In this document: in pieces, positions 8,924 to 18,661 of the stretch
Numbering within the stretch: position 1 is the stretch's first letter
Layout: every line of letters begins with the position of its first letter
Sequence record: PZ386980.1
Length of the DNA stretch: 64,000 nucleotides
DNA from: a phage
Direction: 5' to 3' (one strand)
Translations under genes and position numbers: made by a program
Notes under the pieces: generated by a model
Seen by the model: the letters and a program-made list of their open reading frames with translations, nothing else
Told to the model about the DNA's origin: nothing
Database searches by the model: none

Positions 8924-10608
8924 TTAATAGTGGCAACACTAAATCTACCAACTTTTTCCATTTTAATATGCTGTCCATAATCCTGCGGATCATGGTCTTT
9001 ATGCGAAATTATGAAGAAGTTGGTATCCTTCAAACCATCTAAAATTTTAGCTACATTTTTAATGCCTTCAGCATCAAATGCACCGTCATACACTTCATCA
9101 AGAAATAAACAACTTATTTTAACACCTGAAACTTTTTCAGCAATATCACGCCAAGTAAATAAAAGAGCAATATCAATTCGCGCTTTTTCACCTTGACTGA
9201 ATGAAGCATAACTAAAATCTTCACGACCACGGGATTTAATTGTCTCATTAAATTCTTCATCTAATGTAAACACATAATCCGCTTCCATTATTTTAAGATA
9301 ATGGTTAATCTGCTTATTAAATAATGGAATGTACTTTTTAATAATAGCACCTTTAATACCAGAATCTTTGAGCATATCAGTCAAAATTCCTCGGTGGTAT
9401 TTTTCCATTACTAAATTAGTTTTTGTCTTAACAATTTTATCAAGTTCTTCTTGAAGCAGTGCTATTTCATCAGCATGGTCAATAAACTCAGAAGATGCTT
9501 TTTCTATAGCTGCTTTAACTTTTTTAGCTTTATCTACCGTCGTGATTAGAGATTGCTTTTTATTGCGAATATCATTTGCCAACGACTGCTGAGTTTTAAT
9601 ATTATCTCGGTATTCATCAACAAGAACTTTTAAATTATCACGGTGTGTTGAAAGCTGTTCAAACGAATGCGTACATTCAGAAACTTTATCTTTAATTTTA
9701 GAAACAACTTTATCACCGGAACTTAATTGTGACAAACAGGTTGGACATAATCCACCTTCGTGATACATATTAATGACTTTATTATACGAGTCAATTTTTG
9801 ATTTAATTAAAACTGCTTCTTGACCGATTTTATTAAACGCATCAGTCGGATCTTCATCCAAAACAATATTAACTAATCTTTCATTAGCTTCTTCTATTTC
9901 CGATTTTAGCGTTCTAGCTTCTTTTGCCAAATCATCATACATATTTTGCAGACGAGTAAGATTGTCACCCGTTAATTTTTTCTGGCGTTCAACGTTATCA
10001 TTATATATTTTAATTTGTTGGATAATACTATCTTTTTTAACATCAAGCACTTGGTTCTGCGAATTTAATTCACGTATTAGTGCTTTATTAAGCTTATCCA
10101 TTTCAGCTAATGTTCCTACCTCAAGCAGGTCTTCCACAAGCTTTCTTCGTGCAGGGGTCGACAAACCCATGAAAGGGGTATACCCTGCTGTACCAAGGAC
10201 AACAATCTGCTTGAAACTGGCATATGACATTCCGATAAGCTGTTCAAATTCTGCTTGGAAATCTTTACTGCTGGCAGATTCATTAAGACGTGTACCGTTA
10301 ACGGTGATTTCGAAAACGTTTGGTTTTTGTCCTCTTTTGATATAGTACTTTTTCTCATCATATTCCATCCACAGTTCAACTAAAAGTTCTTTCTTATTTG
10401 TGCTGTTTATTAATTGACCTTTCTTTACATCACGAAATGGCTTACCAAAAAGCCCAAATGTGATGGCTTCTAACATAGTAGACTTACCACCGCCATTTCG
10501 TCCAGTAATAAGAGTTTTTTGAACCTTATCTAATTGAATGTCAACTCCATTTTGACCAACTGACATTATATTTTTATATTTTACTCTATTAAGTTTAAAT
10601 GATTTCAT
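8920..10608 (-). CDS. 46: recombination endonuclease subunit (SbcC/Rad50-like ATPase)
   Basis: 562 aa, Walker A GRNGGGKST, long coiled coil, CxxC hook (CPTC), C-terminal signature and Walker B. Confidence 0.9.
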   Translation of the reverse strand: MKSFKLNRVKYKNIMSVGQNGVDIQLDKVQKTLITGRNGGGKSTMLEAITFGLFGKPFRDVKKGQLINSTNKKELLVELWMEYDEKKYYIKRGQKPNVFEITVNGTRLNESASSKDFQAEFEQLIGMSYASFKQIVVLGTAGYTPFMGLSTPARRKLVEDLLEVGTLAEMDKLNKALIRELNSQNQVLDVKKDSIIQQIKIYNDNVERQKKLTGDNLTRLQNMYDDLAKEARTLKSEIEEANERLVNIVLDEDPTDAFNKIGQEAVLIKSKIDSYNKVINMYHEGGLCPTCLSQLSSGDKVVSKIKDKVSECTHSFEQLSTHRDNLKVLVDEYRDNIKTQQSLANDIRNKKQSLITTVDKAKKVKAAIEKASSEFIDHADEIALLQEELDKIVKTKTNLVMEKYHRGILTDMLKDSGIKGAIIKKYIPLFNKQINHYLKIMEADYVFTLDEEFNETIKSRGREDFSYASFSQGEKARIDIALLFTWRDIAEKVSGVKISCLFLDEVYDGAFDAEGIKNVAKILDGLKDTNFFIISHKDHDPQDYGQHIKMEKVGRFSVATIN

Positions 10609-10623
10609 TTTGTATCCAATTGT

Positions 10624-11477
10624 TCACAATGAAGAAAATTCTTTAACTAAAGCCTGTAATGAAGCCTCTATTGGATATCCATTCTTAACTAACATTTTCC
10701 TAAACATTACATGTTTAGGACGATTATATGATATCCACAATTCATACAATTTATCTTTATTATCCCAATGATAGCCTTTTCGTCGAGATGCTATATGAGC
10801 TTTTCTAATCTCCGGATTTTTCCAACTAGCAGCTACTGAATTTGATATAGCTATTTTATATTCAGGTTTTGATAAAGCAGCACGAACAGCCTTTTGGTGT
10901 TTAATTTTATTTTCTTCGTTATTAAACCATTCCCTTGAAGCCATTGAAATTTTTGTTTTGTTTTAAAATTATTTAATCTTTCTTTATTATCTTTCCTATT
11001 TTTTGCTACTGAAAAATATTTTAATGCCCTTTCTCTAGCAGCATTTCTATTTTGCGGATTTGAATAATACTGTTGAAGCCTTTTTGATATTGTGTCACTT
11101 ACATCTTGTTTTATAAAACTATATTCAGCAGCTATTAAATCAACTTCGGCTAAAGATAAATTTTTATATGTTTTTCCTGACATCATTCTATTTAAAGCAT
11201 TTAGCATTTTTCCATTTTTACCTTTTGCTAATAAGAAGTGTGCTTTAAAATGATTAAAATGACTTAAATTAACTAAATTCCATGTAGATTTTAAATATTC
11301 AGGAAATATTGATTTAGGAAGCACGTGGTGTGCTTCCGTTTTACCTGGAGTTTTAACAGTTGAATTCACAGAAATAAAATTAATGTAAGACTTGGCGTCT
11401 TCTTCACTCAACGCTAATTTTTCAACTAATTCCTTTATTAAAAATTCATCATTAATGTCAAGTTTAAAATTCTTCAC
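10624..11477 (-). pseudogene. HNH homing endonuclease split across two overlapping reading frames
   Basis: ORF 10851-11477 carries the HNH motif (AHHVLP...N...H); the NUMOD-like basic DNA-binding tail continues in a different frame in ORF 10624-10944. Confidence 0.55.
11442..11461. repeat. 20-bp exact direct repeat, copy 1 (AAATTCATCATTAATGTCAA)
   Basis: Identical 20-mer recurs at 11645-11664. Confidence 0.9.
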
Positions 11478-11737
11478 AAAAGATTCCTTTTAATGTATCT
11501 TTTAGACCATTCTATCATATCATCATAATCTAAAAAGTATTCATCAAATTCAGCCATGCAAACAACGCCTTGTGCTGTTTTTGATGTAATATAAATTATT
11601 CCAACATATCTAGAATCTTCTTCGGTATAATCAATATTTGCTATAAATTCATCATTAATGTCAAATGTCGAAAACTTCACAGTATGCATCCTTAATACAA
11701 GATACAGCCATATCTCGTAATGATTTAGGTGTGTCAT
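11474..11737 (-). CDS. hypothetical small protein (start ambiguous, possibly a GTG start)
   Basis: ORF between genes 46 and 47; N-terminal region shares DINDEF with the HNH ORF. Confidence 0.4.
   Translation of the reverse strand: MTHLNHYEIWLYLVLRMHTVKFSTFDINDEFIANIDYTEEDSRYVGIIYITSKTAQGVVCMAEFDEYFLDYDDMIEWSKRYIKRNLL
11645..11664. repeat. 20-bp exact direct repeat, copy 2
   Basis: Identical to 11442-11461; encodes the shared DINDEF peptide. Confidence 0.9.
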
Positions 11738-11924
11738 TATCTAAAATGTTGAAGTTAAAAGATACAGCCCAGTCAGTGCAGACCGTAACCTTTTTAATAC
11801 AATTATCTTCAACCTCTAACGGTTCAAACCAATATTCAATAATTTCTTTATGCCCAATATCATCTTTTACTTCGCATTCAAAATGCTGACTCATCATAAC
11901 ATTTTTAAATTCATCAAAAGTCAT
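11661..11924 (-). CDS. hypothetical small protein
   Basis: 87-aa ORF immediately downstream of gene 47. Confidence 0.5.
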   Translation of the reverse strand: MTFDEFKNVMMSQHFECEVKDDIGHKEIIEYWFEPLEVEDNCIKKVTVCTDWAVSFNFNILDNDTPKSLRDMAVSCIKDAYCEVFDI

Positions 11925-12940
11925 TGTGTTGCCTCTACATATAACTGATTTGCATATTGAATAAGTGCTTCGCGGTCAGAATCAGTGATGTCTGGAATTG
12001 CATTAATGTATTCTTCCATCAACGTCTGAAGAGATTGAACTTCAACTTCTTCGCTTTCATCTGACTCGACAGAGTTATCAATTTTTGACACAACTCGTAA
12101 TGAATGCACAACTTTTTCTAGTTCAGATTCGAACTTCGTCAGATTTTTGTCTACCTCAGTTACTATAACACGTACTGATAGATTTGTAAAATCTTTATAG
12201 TCAATTTTTCCTTTAAATGGATAATGAATTCTACGATGCCAGGTAGTATTGTTTGGAATAAATTCCATTCGTTCTGTTTCTGTATCAAACATCCAGAACC
12301 CGCGAGGGTCATTCTCGTCACCTGCAGTTAGTGTCCATGGTGTCCCAATATATCTGACGTTTGCAGCCTCAGAAATAGTATGGAAGTGACCAGACCACAC
12401 TTCTTTATAAGTCTTAAGGAAATCAGGTTCAAGACCGTGAGATTTCATTCCTTTATAAAAATAAAATCCATTCAGTTCCCAGTGACCAACACAAAAAGAA
12501 GCAGATGAAGTTTTTATGTGCTCGAGAATTTCACCAGTATTTTCTTCACACATCCAAGGAATTAAATCAATTAAACATCCGTCAAAATCTACTGTAGTAG
12601 GCTTATCATATACTTTAACATTAGGATATTTAGCCAAAAGCTCAGTAGAGGCATTTGGAGTTAAAGTATTTTTAAAGTGCATATCATGGTTTCCTACAAC
12701 AGTATGTAGGGTAATACCAGCATCATCAAGCATTTGAACTATTTCACGAGCGAACTCCATAGTTTTATGCGTGATTGCTTTTCGCACATCAAAAATATCG
12801 CCATATTGAATCCAGGTAGTAATTCCATTTTTCTTAGAATATTCTATTGCTTGTTTAATTCCATCCAACTGAATGGATTGAACCCACTCGTCATCGGCTT
12901 TAACGCCTAAATGCCAATCACCTAAATTTAAAATTTTCAT
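11921..12940 (-). CDS. 47: recombination nuclease subunit (Mre11/SbcD-like phosphoesterase)
   Basis: 339 aa; metallophosphatase motifs GDWHLG, GDIFD, GNHD. Confidence 0.9.
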   Translation of the reverse strand: MKILNLGDWHLGVKADDEWVQSIQLDGIKQAIEYSKKNGITTWIQYGDIFDVRKAITHKTMEFAREIVQMLDDAGITLHTVVGNHDMHFKNTLTPNASTELLAKYPNVKVYDKPTTVDFDGCLIDLIPWMCEENTGEILEHIKTSSASFCVGHWELNGFYFYKGMKSHGLEPDFLKTYKEVWSGHFHTISEAANVRYIGTPWTLTAGDENDPRGFWMFDTETERMEFIPNNTTWHRRIHYPFKGKIDYKDFTNLSVRVIVTEVDKNLTKFESELEKVVHSLRVVSKIDNSVESDESEEVEVQSLQTLMEEYINAIPDITDSDREALIQYANQLYVEATQ

Positions 12941-13100
12941 ATATCAAGAACCGTCATTGAAATGCAAAATAAAATTATTGAAATAAACCCATCTGGTGTG
13001 CTAAAGAACCCAATCCAACATGCTCTAGTGAATAGATAAAATGCAAGAAAAAGTATCACATATCCAAGAAATATCATTATATCAAACTCCGTATAAAGCT

Positions 13101-13118
13101 AAAGGGCCGAAGCCCTTT
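13101..13118 (-). terminator. tetraloop hairpin AAAGGGC-cgaa-GCCCTTT
   Basis: Perfect stem overlapping a-gt stop codon. Confidence 0.45.
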
Positions 13119-14319
13119 ATTTTGTAATAATGTCAAACTGTTCTTTAAAGCAGAAGCTTGAATCTTGATGCTGATACAAAAATTCATAAGCTTTTTCGCG
13201 TTCGCGGTCATAAAGAGTTCGGTCAGATGACAGTTCTTTAATACGTTCAAATGTTGATTCCATGTCATTTTCATCAAACCAAATGATACCGCTATCATGC
13301 GAGGTCAAAGGAGTATTATCAACACGGAATTTTAAATTTTCGCCAGTAGATTTCCAAAATACCGGAATTGTTCCACATGCACCAAGCTCGAGATGAGTAT
13401 ATTCTAAAGAACGTTGTAGATATTTTTTATCCAACTTACTCAACTGATAACCAAAACCGGATTTACTCATACGTTCAAGCATTTCGCTATTTACATAACG
13501 GTCAAGAATTTGCGTTGGCAAATTAGGAGCAATTTTAATTTGGTCTACTTGATGAAGACGATAATACTCGTATGGAATTCCTTTTTCTTTAATAGGAATG
13601 AACGCTGGAGAACGTTCCAGACCTTCCATAATAGTACTTAGTCCTGCAGGTTTAAGATGTTTTTCGTGAAAATCAAACATCTGATAAAAACCTTTCCATG
13701 TAGTCGTACGACCAATCCAACGGTTGATATTCATGTTAATTTCAGAAACATCTTTCCAGTAAGTTGACCGAACCTTCGCAATATCCATAGGAGGCTGAAA
13801 GTTATATACGGTCGGTGCTTCTTCAATATCATCAAACAGAGAAACAGTTTCTGGATACCACTCTTTCATCAGAACTTTATTAAAATCACCATTATCAGAA
13901 TGGCTAAAAATAACATCAGCTCGACGAACAGTTTCTTCTAATCCCAAATTTCGACGCAAAGAAAGAGAAGAATGGTCATGCTGATAAACTACAACACGAA
14001 CAGAAGGTTTAATATTATCAATAATTTTTTTATAGTTATTAATAGTGTCTTCTTCAACCGAAGTAGCAGGAACTGAATTGATAATTAGAATATCACAATC
14101 ATTTACCAGCTTAAGTGTTTTATCGTATTCTTTTGCCAATAAAACCGGAATTGAAAATGATTTATAATCATGCGCGCAATTACGAGTAAATGATTTATCT
14201 TTAGCATAAACCAAAGTCACTTCATGACCATTTTTAATAAACCAATCACGTTGCTCGAGTGAGAATTTTGTTACACCACAACCTTCAAGACCTCGAGCCA
14301 TAAAAATACATACTTTCAT
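13117..14319 (-). CDS. agt: DNA alpha-glucosyltransferase
   Basis: 400 aa, MKVCIFMARGLEGCGVTKFSLEQRDWFIKNGHEV, as I remember T4 a-gt. Confidence 0.9.
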   Translation of the reverse strand: MKVCIFMARGLEGCGVTKFSLEQRDWFIKNGHEVTLVYAKDKSFTRNCAHDYKSFSIPVLLAKEYDKTLKLVNDCDILIINSVPATSVEEDTINNYKKIIDNIKPSVRVVVYQHDHSSLSLRRNLGLEETVRRADVIFSHSDNGDFNKVLMKEWYPETVSLFDDIEEAPTVYNFQPPMDIAKVRSTYWKDVSEINMNINRWIGRTTTWKGFYQMFDFHEKHLKPAGLSTIMEGLERSPAFIPIKEKGIPYEYYRLHQVDQIKIAPNLPTQILDRYVNSEMLERMSKSGFGYQLSKLDKKYLQRSLEYTHLELGACGTIPVFWKSTGENLKFRVDNTPLTSHDSGIIWFDENDMESTFERIKELSSDRTLYDREREKAYEFLYQHQDSSFCFKEQFDIITK

Positions 14320-14368
14320 TTAATATCCTCTTTGTTTTGGTTTATTTTACCAAAAATTTATAAAGCAA

Positions 14369-14388
14369 TATAGGAGCCGAAGCTCCTA
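14369..14388 (-). terminator. tetraloop hairpin ATAGGAGC-cgaa-GCTCCTAT
   Basis: Perfect 8-bp stem, U-rich tail on minus strand. Confidence 0.45.
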
Positions 14389-14559
14389 TCCACATAATAC
14401 GCCATACAGAGGCTCATTAGAACTTTTAAATTTTATACGCTTATATGTTATAGTTCCTTCTGCTTTAGCTTTATCATGAGACTCTTTAAAGCGTCTCATC
14501 ATTTCCTCTTTAGAGGAACGAATTTTATTATAATCTATTTCAGAAGTCTGGATGTTCAT
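14386..14559 (-). CDS. hypothetical small protein (~57 aa)
   Basis: Hand-read ORF MNIQTSEIDYNKIRSSKEEMMRRFKESHDK..., below track cutoff. Confidence 0.3.
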   Translation of the reverse strand: MNIQTSEIDYNKIRSSKEEMMRRFKESHDKAKAEGTITYKRIKFKSSNEPLYGVLCG

Positions 14560-14562
14560 CTT

Positions 14563-14769
14563 TCATAACTGCCACCATTTTTTGACTTGATAAGAATCAA
14601 CCCACACTTTCATATTAGGGTCTGCTCTTACAATAGGAGGATTAACTTCTTTAATTGAACTATCATGGTATTCTTTTTCAGAAATTTTCACACAAAGATG
14701 ACCATTCAAAGATTCAGTAAATCCTGCATTAATTTTAAGACGCTTGAATTTTACGTGTGTAAGCATCAA
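14563..14769 (-). CDS. hypothetical small protein
   Basis: 68-aa ORF, minus strand, tightly packed with neighbours. Confidence 0.45.
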   Translation of the reverse strand: MMLTHVKFKRLKINAGFTESLNGHLCVKISEKEYHDSSIKEVNPPIVRADPNMKVWVDSYQVKKWWQL

Positions 14770-15052
14770 TCATATCCTCAATCTGCGATCTAGTAGTCTT
14801 CCAAAGAATACTGATAAGTTCATCGTTATATGGCTGTTTTAGAATATCCCGACTTTTCTTGATAGCATATTCGTATTGAGCAAAATTATTATTTTCAGCC
14901 GCAATCTGAGCATGCTTATAAAGACGATTCAGTTCGCGTTTGTTTTTAGACAATAACTTATTTGCTTTTCTTTCTGCTTCAAGACGGTTCTTTTCTTCAA
15001 TAGAAGAAATAAGCTTTTCCACTTCATCATTAATTTCGGGTTTATCAGTCAT
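14735..15052 (-). CDS. hypothetical coiled-coil protein
   Basis: 105-aa ORF. Confidence 0.5.
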   Translation of the reverse strand: MTDKPEINDEVEKLISSIEEKNRLEAERKANKLLSKNKRELNRLYKHAQIAAENNNFAQYEYAIKKSRDILKQPYNDELISILWKTTRSQIEDMIDAYTRKIQAS

Positions 15053-15053
15053 A

Positions 15054-15272
15054 TTATTTCTCTAATATAAAATAAAAATCATCATCTGTTAAATGATACC
15101 GATAGTTTAATTCTACACCATTAGATTTAAAAGCGGTATCATACGGATTTTCTGGATCAATATCAATGTCAAGAGCTAAAACTTCCCTGAGATACATTTT
15201 AAGTAAATAGGGAATAGCTTCAACTTCAGGTATTTCTTCCAAGAATCCGGAGAGGTTAATCGTTAGCCTCAT
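15054..15272 (-). CDS. hypothetical small protein
   Basis: 72-aa ORF immediately downstream of gene 55. Confidence 0.5.
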
Positions 15273-15813
15273 ATAAAAAATCCAAACTAGGAGAATCGTC
15301 TACAACACTTTTCTTTTCAGCCCCCGGTGTTCTATAGGTTGATTCTTCGTAATGCGTCATTTTATCATAGATGTCTTGAATAAAAGTTTCATCTACTAAC
15401 GCAACCATATCGTCGTCACGACTGTCATAGACATTGTGAACGAAGTAACTATATTTCTTTGCAACTTCCTTACGTTCTTTTTTAATACGTTGGACGAATG
15501 CATTAAAACAAGCTTGAGTTATATACGCATGTGGGTTTTTATATTTCGTTTCATCAAAATTGTGAAGCCCCTTAATAGAAGCTTCTATACCATCTGCAAT
15601 CATTTCTTGTTTCCAAGACTGGGTGTATCCTGAAAAGTTGAAACGTTTAGATAAGCCTTCTGCAATAAGCATAATGGCTAATCCGATAGTATCATTCTGA
15701 CGAACTACTTTATTTGGGTCTTTATTATTTGCTAATTCTGTTTTCCAATCAATAATAGCTTGTAAAAGCTCTTTATTGTTTACGTAATTATATTTAGGCT
15801 TAGTTTCTGACAT
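15256..15813 (-). CDS. 55: late-transcription sigma factor
   Basis: 185 aa from [31 protein letters not shown]. Confidence 0.85.
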
Positions 15814-15891
15814 TTTCACCTCTTAGCTCAATTCATAGATCTATTATATCATAATATTTGAAGATCTATCTTAAAGCATAGAGGATATCAG

Positions 15892-16161
15892 TTATCTAAG
15901 TAAACAGTATGCTTGGAACACTTTCTCCATCATCTTTTTAAATTCATGAATATCTATGTAATGACTAGTTAGTTCAGCATGATATAAAAAGTCTAAAAAC
16001 TTTTCATGTGTACTAACATATTCACTTTCATTTAATTCAGAAACATGGCTTTCCCAGTATCCAACACCAGTCTTATTTGGGAAAAATGAAATTTTCATGT
16101 ATTGGTCAACATAGAAAATGCCATAATTTTCAATAGTAATAGAAATATTAATAAATTTCAT
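15892..16161 (-). CDS. hypothetical protein
   Basis: 89-aa ORF in 55-nrdH interval. Confidence 0.45.
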   Translation of the reverse strand: MKFINISITIENYGIFYVDQYMKISFFPNKTGVGYWESHVSELNESEYVSTHEKFLDFLYHAELTSHYIDIHEFKKMMEKVFQAYCLLR

Positions 16162-16373
16162 ACATTCATCAACTTAGCCGCTTCAAGAGCTGCATCTAGT
16201 GAATCAAATTGGTCAACGTATTCAATCAATTCGCCGTAATTGGCATATAACCACCATTGGCTAAATTCATACTCAAGGATGAATCCATTTCCTTCAATTT
16301 GAGTTAAACCATTGCCGTTTGTATTTACTTCATATCCGGCAAGACGCAAATCGTTAATAAGAGCTTCGTTCAT
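16158..16373 (-). CDS. hypothetical protein
   Basis: 71-aa ORF, start/stop overlap with neighbour. Confidence 0.45.
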   Translation of the reverse strand: MNEALINDLRLAGYEVNTNGNGLTQIEGNGFILEYEFSQWWLYANYGELIEYVDQFDSLDAALEAAKLMNV

Positions 16374-16375
16374 AA

Positions 16376-16702
16376 TTATACCTTAGTAATTTTCAGGTCT
16401 GCAAATTTTTTCTTGCGTTGATTTTTCATGCGACGAATAGTTTTATCGGAAATTTCATGCTTTTGATAAGCTTTAGATTCTACACCAAAAGCTTTAACAT
16501 CAAATTCTGACAAGATATATTGAACCAACAATTCACGGACAGTATTGCGTCCAATTTTCTGATCATTCTGTTTCATCGTCTGATGAAGTTCTTTTTCCCA
16601 TTTATCCAAAATTTGAGGAGTTACAATATCGCCTTTTTCTAGCAAAGAAACTACTTTATCATATGCATAAGAATTAATGACGTTTTTAATCTGAATAGTC
16701 AT
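16376..16702 (-). CDS. hypothetical protein
   Basis: 108-aa ORF. Confidence 0.5.
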   Translation of the reverse strand: MTIQIKNVINSYAYDKVVSLLEKGDIVTPQILDKWEKELHQTMKQNDQKIGRNTVRELLVQYILSEFDVKAFGVESKAYQKHEISDKTIRRMKNQRKKKFADLKITKV

Positions 16703-16740
16703 ACATTATCCTCAATTACGTTAAAATTTTATTATCCAAA

Positions 16741-16756
16741 AAGGGCCGAAGCCCTT
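16741..16756 (-). terminator. tetraloop hairpin AAGGGC-cgaa-GCCCTT
   Basis: Followed by TTTTTGG on minus strand. Confidence 0.5.
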
Positions 16757-16955
16757 AGCTAAACTTTTTGGCACCCTTCCAGCCTTCATACATCATTGCG
16801 GCTGATATTAATATTGCTCCTGAGCAACTTGAATATTTGTGATTCCAAAACCAGTTTAGAAAAACTTCGTCATCAATACCTTGGGCTATCATATTTTCAA
16901 AGAACTGACGACGAGCTTCGGCAATTCGCTGCGATAATTTAGATTCAGGATTCAT
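16755..16955 (-). CDS. hypothetical protein
   Basis: 66-aa ORF. Confidence 0.4.
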   Translation of the reverse strand: MNPESKLSQRIAEARRQFFENMIAQGIDDEVFLNWFWNHKYSSCSGAILISAAMMYEGWKGAKKFS

Positions 16956-17087
16956 TTAAATTTCCCAATTGCCATTTTCATCAATAAATTTAATCCAGTC
17001 ATTTACTGACCACTTAGTTGTATCGCCTTTTGGAGTAACATTTAAAGTGTATAACCCCTGCTTAAAAAGCATTCGTTTAATATTCAT
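16956..17087 (-). CDS. hypothetical small protein (start chosen at internal Met with GAGGA SD)
   Basis: ORF 16956-17171 overlaps upstream ORF; internal ATG has a good ribosome-binding site. Confidence 0.35.
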   Translation of the reverse strand: MNIKRMLFKQGLYTLNVTPKGDTTKWSVNDWIKFIDENGNWEI

Positions 17088-17094
17088 ATTTTCC

Positions 17095-17388
17095 TCAGCT
17101 GTAACGATAACATTCGTTTGATTTGCGCTTAGCAACTCGTTGAGATGTATTATAATCAAAATCATCGTCAATGTAAACTGATTTTTTCAACTTTCTTACT
17201 TCACCACGCAGTTGACGATTCAATTCATTCTTAACCTCTGAATCAACACCTCGCATACGTCGCCATTTATCTGAACGAAAAATGTTTTCAACCATATCTT
17301 TATGACTTACCCCATCAGGAGCTTTACGCTTTCCGAAATAGTCATAATCACGAACTTTCAAGTCTTTACGACGATACGTTTTACCCAT
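17095..17388 (-). CDS. hypothetical Arg/Lys-rich protein
   Basis: ORF 17095-17433 with likely start at MGKTYRRKDLKV. Confidence 0.4.
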   Translation of the reverse strand: MGKTYRRKDLKVRDYDYFGKRKAPDGVSHKDMVENIFRSDKWRRMRGVDSEVKNELNRQLRGEVRKLKKSVYIDDDFDYNTSQRVAKRKSNECYRYS

Positions 17389-17563
17389 GGAGTTTAATTT
17401 CCTTAGCAACTGAACTAAATACAGCACGATCACAAATCATGTGTTTATGTAACTTAAGTATAAGATAATAAACATCATAACCATTTACGTAAGTAACACG
17501 AACAACATTACCATTAATAAAATAATATTGTCCCTTTTTAATTTCTTTATCAATCATAACCAT
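17381..17563 (-). CDS. hypothetical small protein
   Basis: 60-aa ORF directly downstream of early promoter. Confidence 0.45.
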   Translation of the reverse strand: MVMIDKEIKKGQYYFINGNVVRVTYVNGYDVYYLILKLHKHMICDRAVFSSVAKEIKLHG

Positions 17564-17593
17564 ATCAATTCCTCAAAGGCAATTCATGTGTTA

Positions 17594-17623
17594 ATAATAC
17601 CACAGTTTGAGCTTGTTGTAAAC
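17594..17623 (-). promoter_or_regulatory. early promoter (GTTTAC -35, TATTAT -10)
   Basis: Member of dispersed promoter repeat. Confidence 0.55.
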
Positions 17624-17704
17624 AACTTTGTGAAAATTATTTTAGGGAATGATAAGAAGGGAACGATAGCTTAGAATGGTAATATACAGAATGTGAGAAA
17701 GAAA

Positions 17705-17717
17705 GGCCCAGAGGGCC
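17705..17717 (-). terminator. hairpin GGGCCC-ucu-GGGCC plus U-run
   Basis: Immediately after stop of ORF 17722-18046. Confidence 0.5.
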
Positions 17718-17721
17718 CGTC

Positions 17722-18046
17722 TTAGTCTTCTATGATATCTCTATCATATCCAAGTGAAATGAGAGTTTCTTTGAAGTGTTTAATGTTCTTTTGTCTAGAA
17801 TCATTAATGAAAATGACTGGATAACGAATGTTAAGAGATGTGAATCCAGCGCGTTTAGCAAGAGATACAATCAGTGGGCGATCATACTCAATCTTACCAT
17901 TATTTGTAAGAACTTTATAGAAAGTAAAAGGAGCATTAAGCTCCTTTAGAAGTTTTGTAACTGATTGACATCCAGGACAACGACCTACTTCATCTGGAAT
18001 TCCATAGACTTCAATCTTATTCTTTAAGTTCGAGTTTTGTTCCACG
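17722..18046 (-). CDS. glutaredoxin/NrdH-like redoxin (start uncertain, possibly GTG)
   Basis: CPGC active-site motif (GRCPGCQSV); adjacent to nrdG/nrdD. Confidence 0.55.
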
Positions 18047-18328
18047 AGAAATAATTCCTTGGTAAGCCCAATAAGGAGGATTAACAGAATCCTCACCAGA
18101 GTTTTCTTCAGGAAAATAAACCTGGATAACGAAGCCGGATTCATCAAAGGTGAAATAAGTAGTAGGCAGTTCACCTAACAAATCGGCACGAGCGTTGATT
18201 TCTTCGAGGTCTTGTTCACGTCCAGCCCAGAAGCTTGGGTTCAGACTACATTCATAGAAATAATAGTCATTACCGAACATATCAAAACCATTCCAACTCT
18301 CTACTACATACCGCTCAAAACTAATCAT
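18017..18328 (-). CDS. hypothetical protein
   Basis: 103-aa ORF. Confidence 0.45.
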   Translation of the reverse strand: MISFERYVVESWNGFDMFGNDYYFYECSLNPSFWAGREQDLEEINARADLLGELPTTYFTFDESGFVIQVYFPEENSGEDSVNPPYWAYQGIISRGTKLELKE

Positions 18329-18330
18329 AA

Positions 18331-18546
18331 TTAAGCCTTTTTATCAAGAACAGCATTCAGCTTGTTAGTAATTTTATCCAGACGCTTATTGAACTCACTA
18401 GAAGATAAGCCCTTTTCTGGAGAAATTAAACTAATCACGAAAAATATAGCAATAAAAGGAATAAGGAAAATAGCTCCAACTGCCATAAACAGAAAGAATG
18501 TTACAGTTGTAAGAAAATCAGCTAAACCTTTACGAAATTTATACAT
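18331..18546 (-). CDS. hypothetical membrane protein
   Basis: 71 aa with long hydrophobic segment. Confidence 0.5.
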   Translation of the reverse strand: MYKFRKGLADFLTTVTFFLFMAVGAIFLIPFIAIFFVISLISPEKGLSSSEFNKRLDKITNKLNAVLDKKA

Positions 18547-18661
18547 ATTTTACCCTTAATTGATTAACCAAGCATTGATAAGCACTAAACTATATTGCGA
18601 ATAAAATTCTGGACCAAAATGAAAAATCATATCATTTATAGTATCCATAATGTAATTCAAT

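Noticed and set aside
13077-13298. 73-aa ORF overlapping the 3' end of the alpha-glucosyltransferase gene
   Set aside because: Out of frame within a confidently identified 400-aa gene; spans the terminator hairpin.
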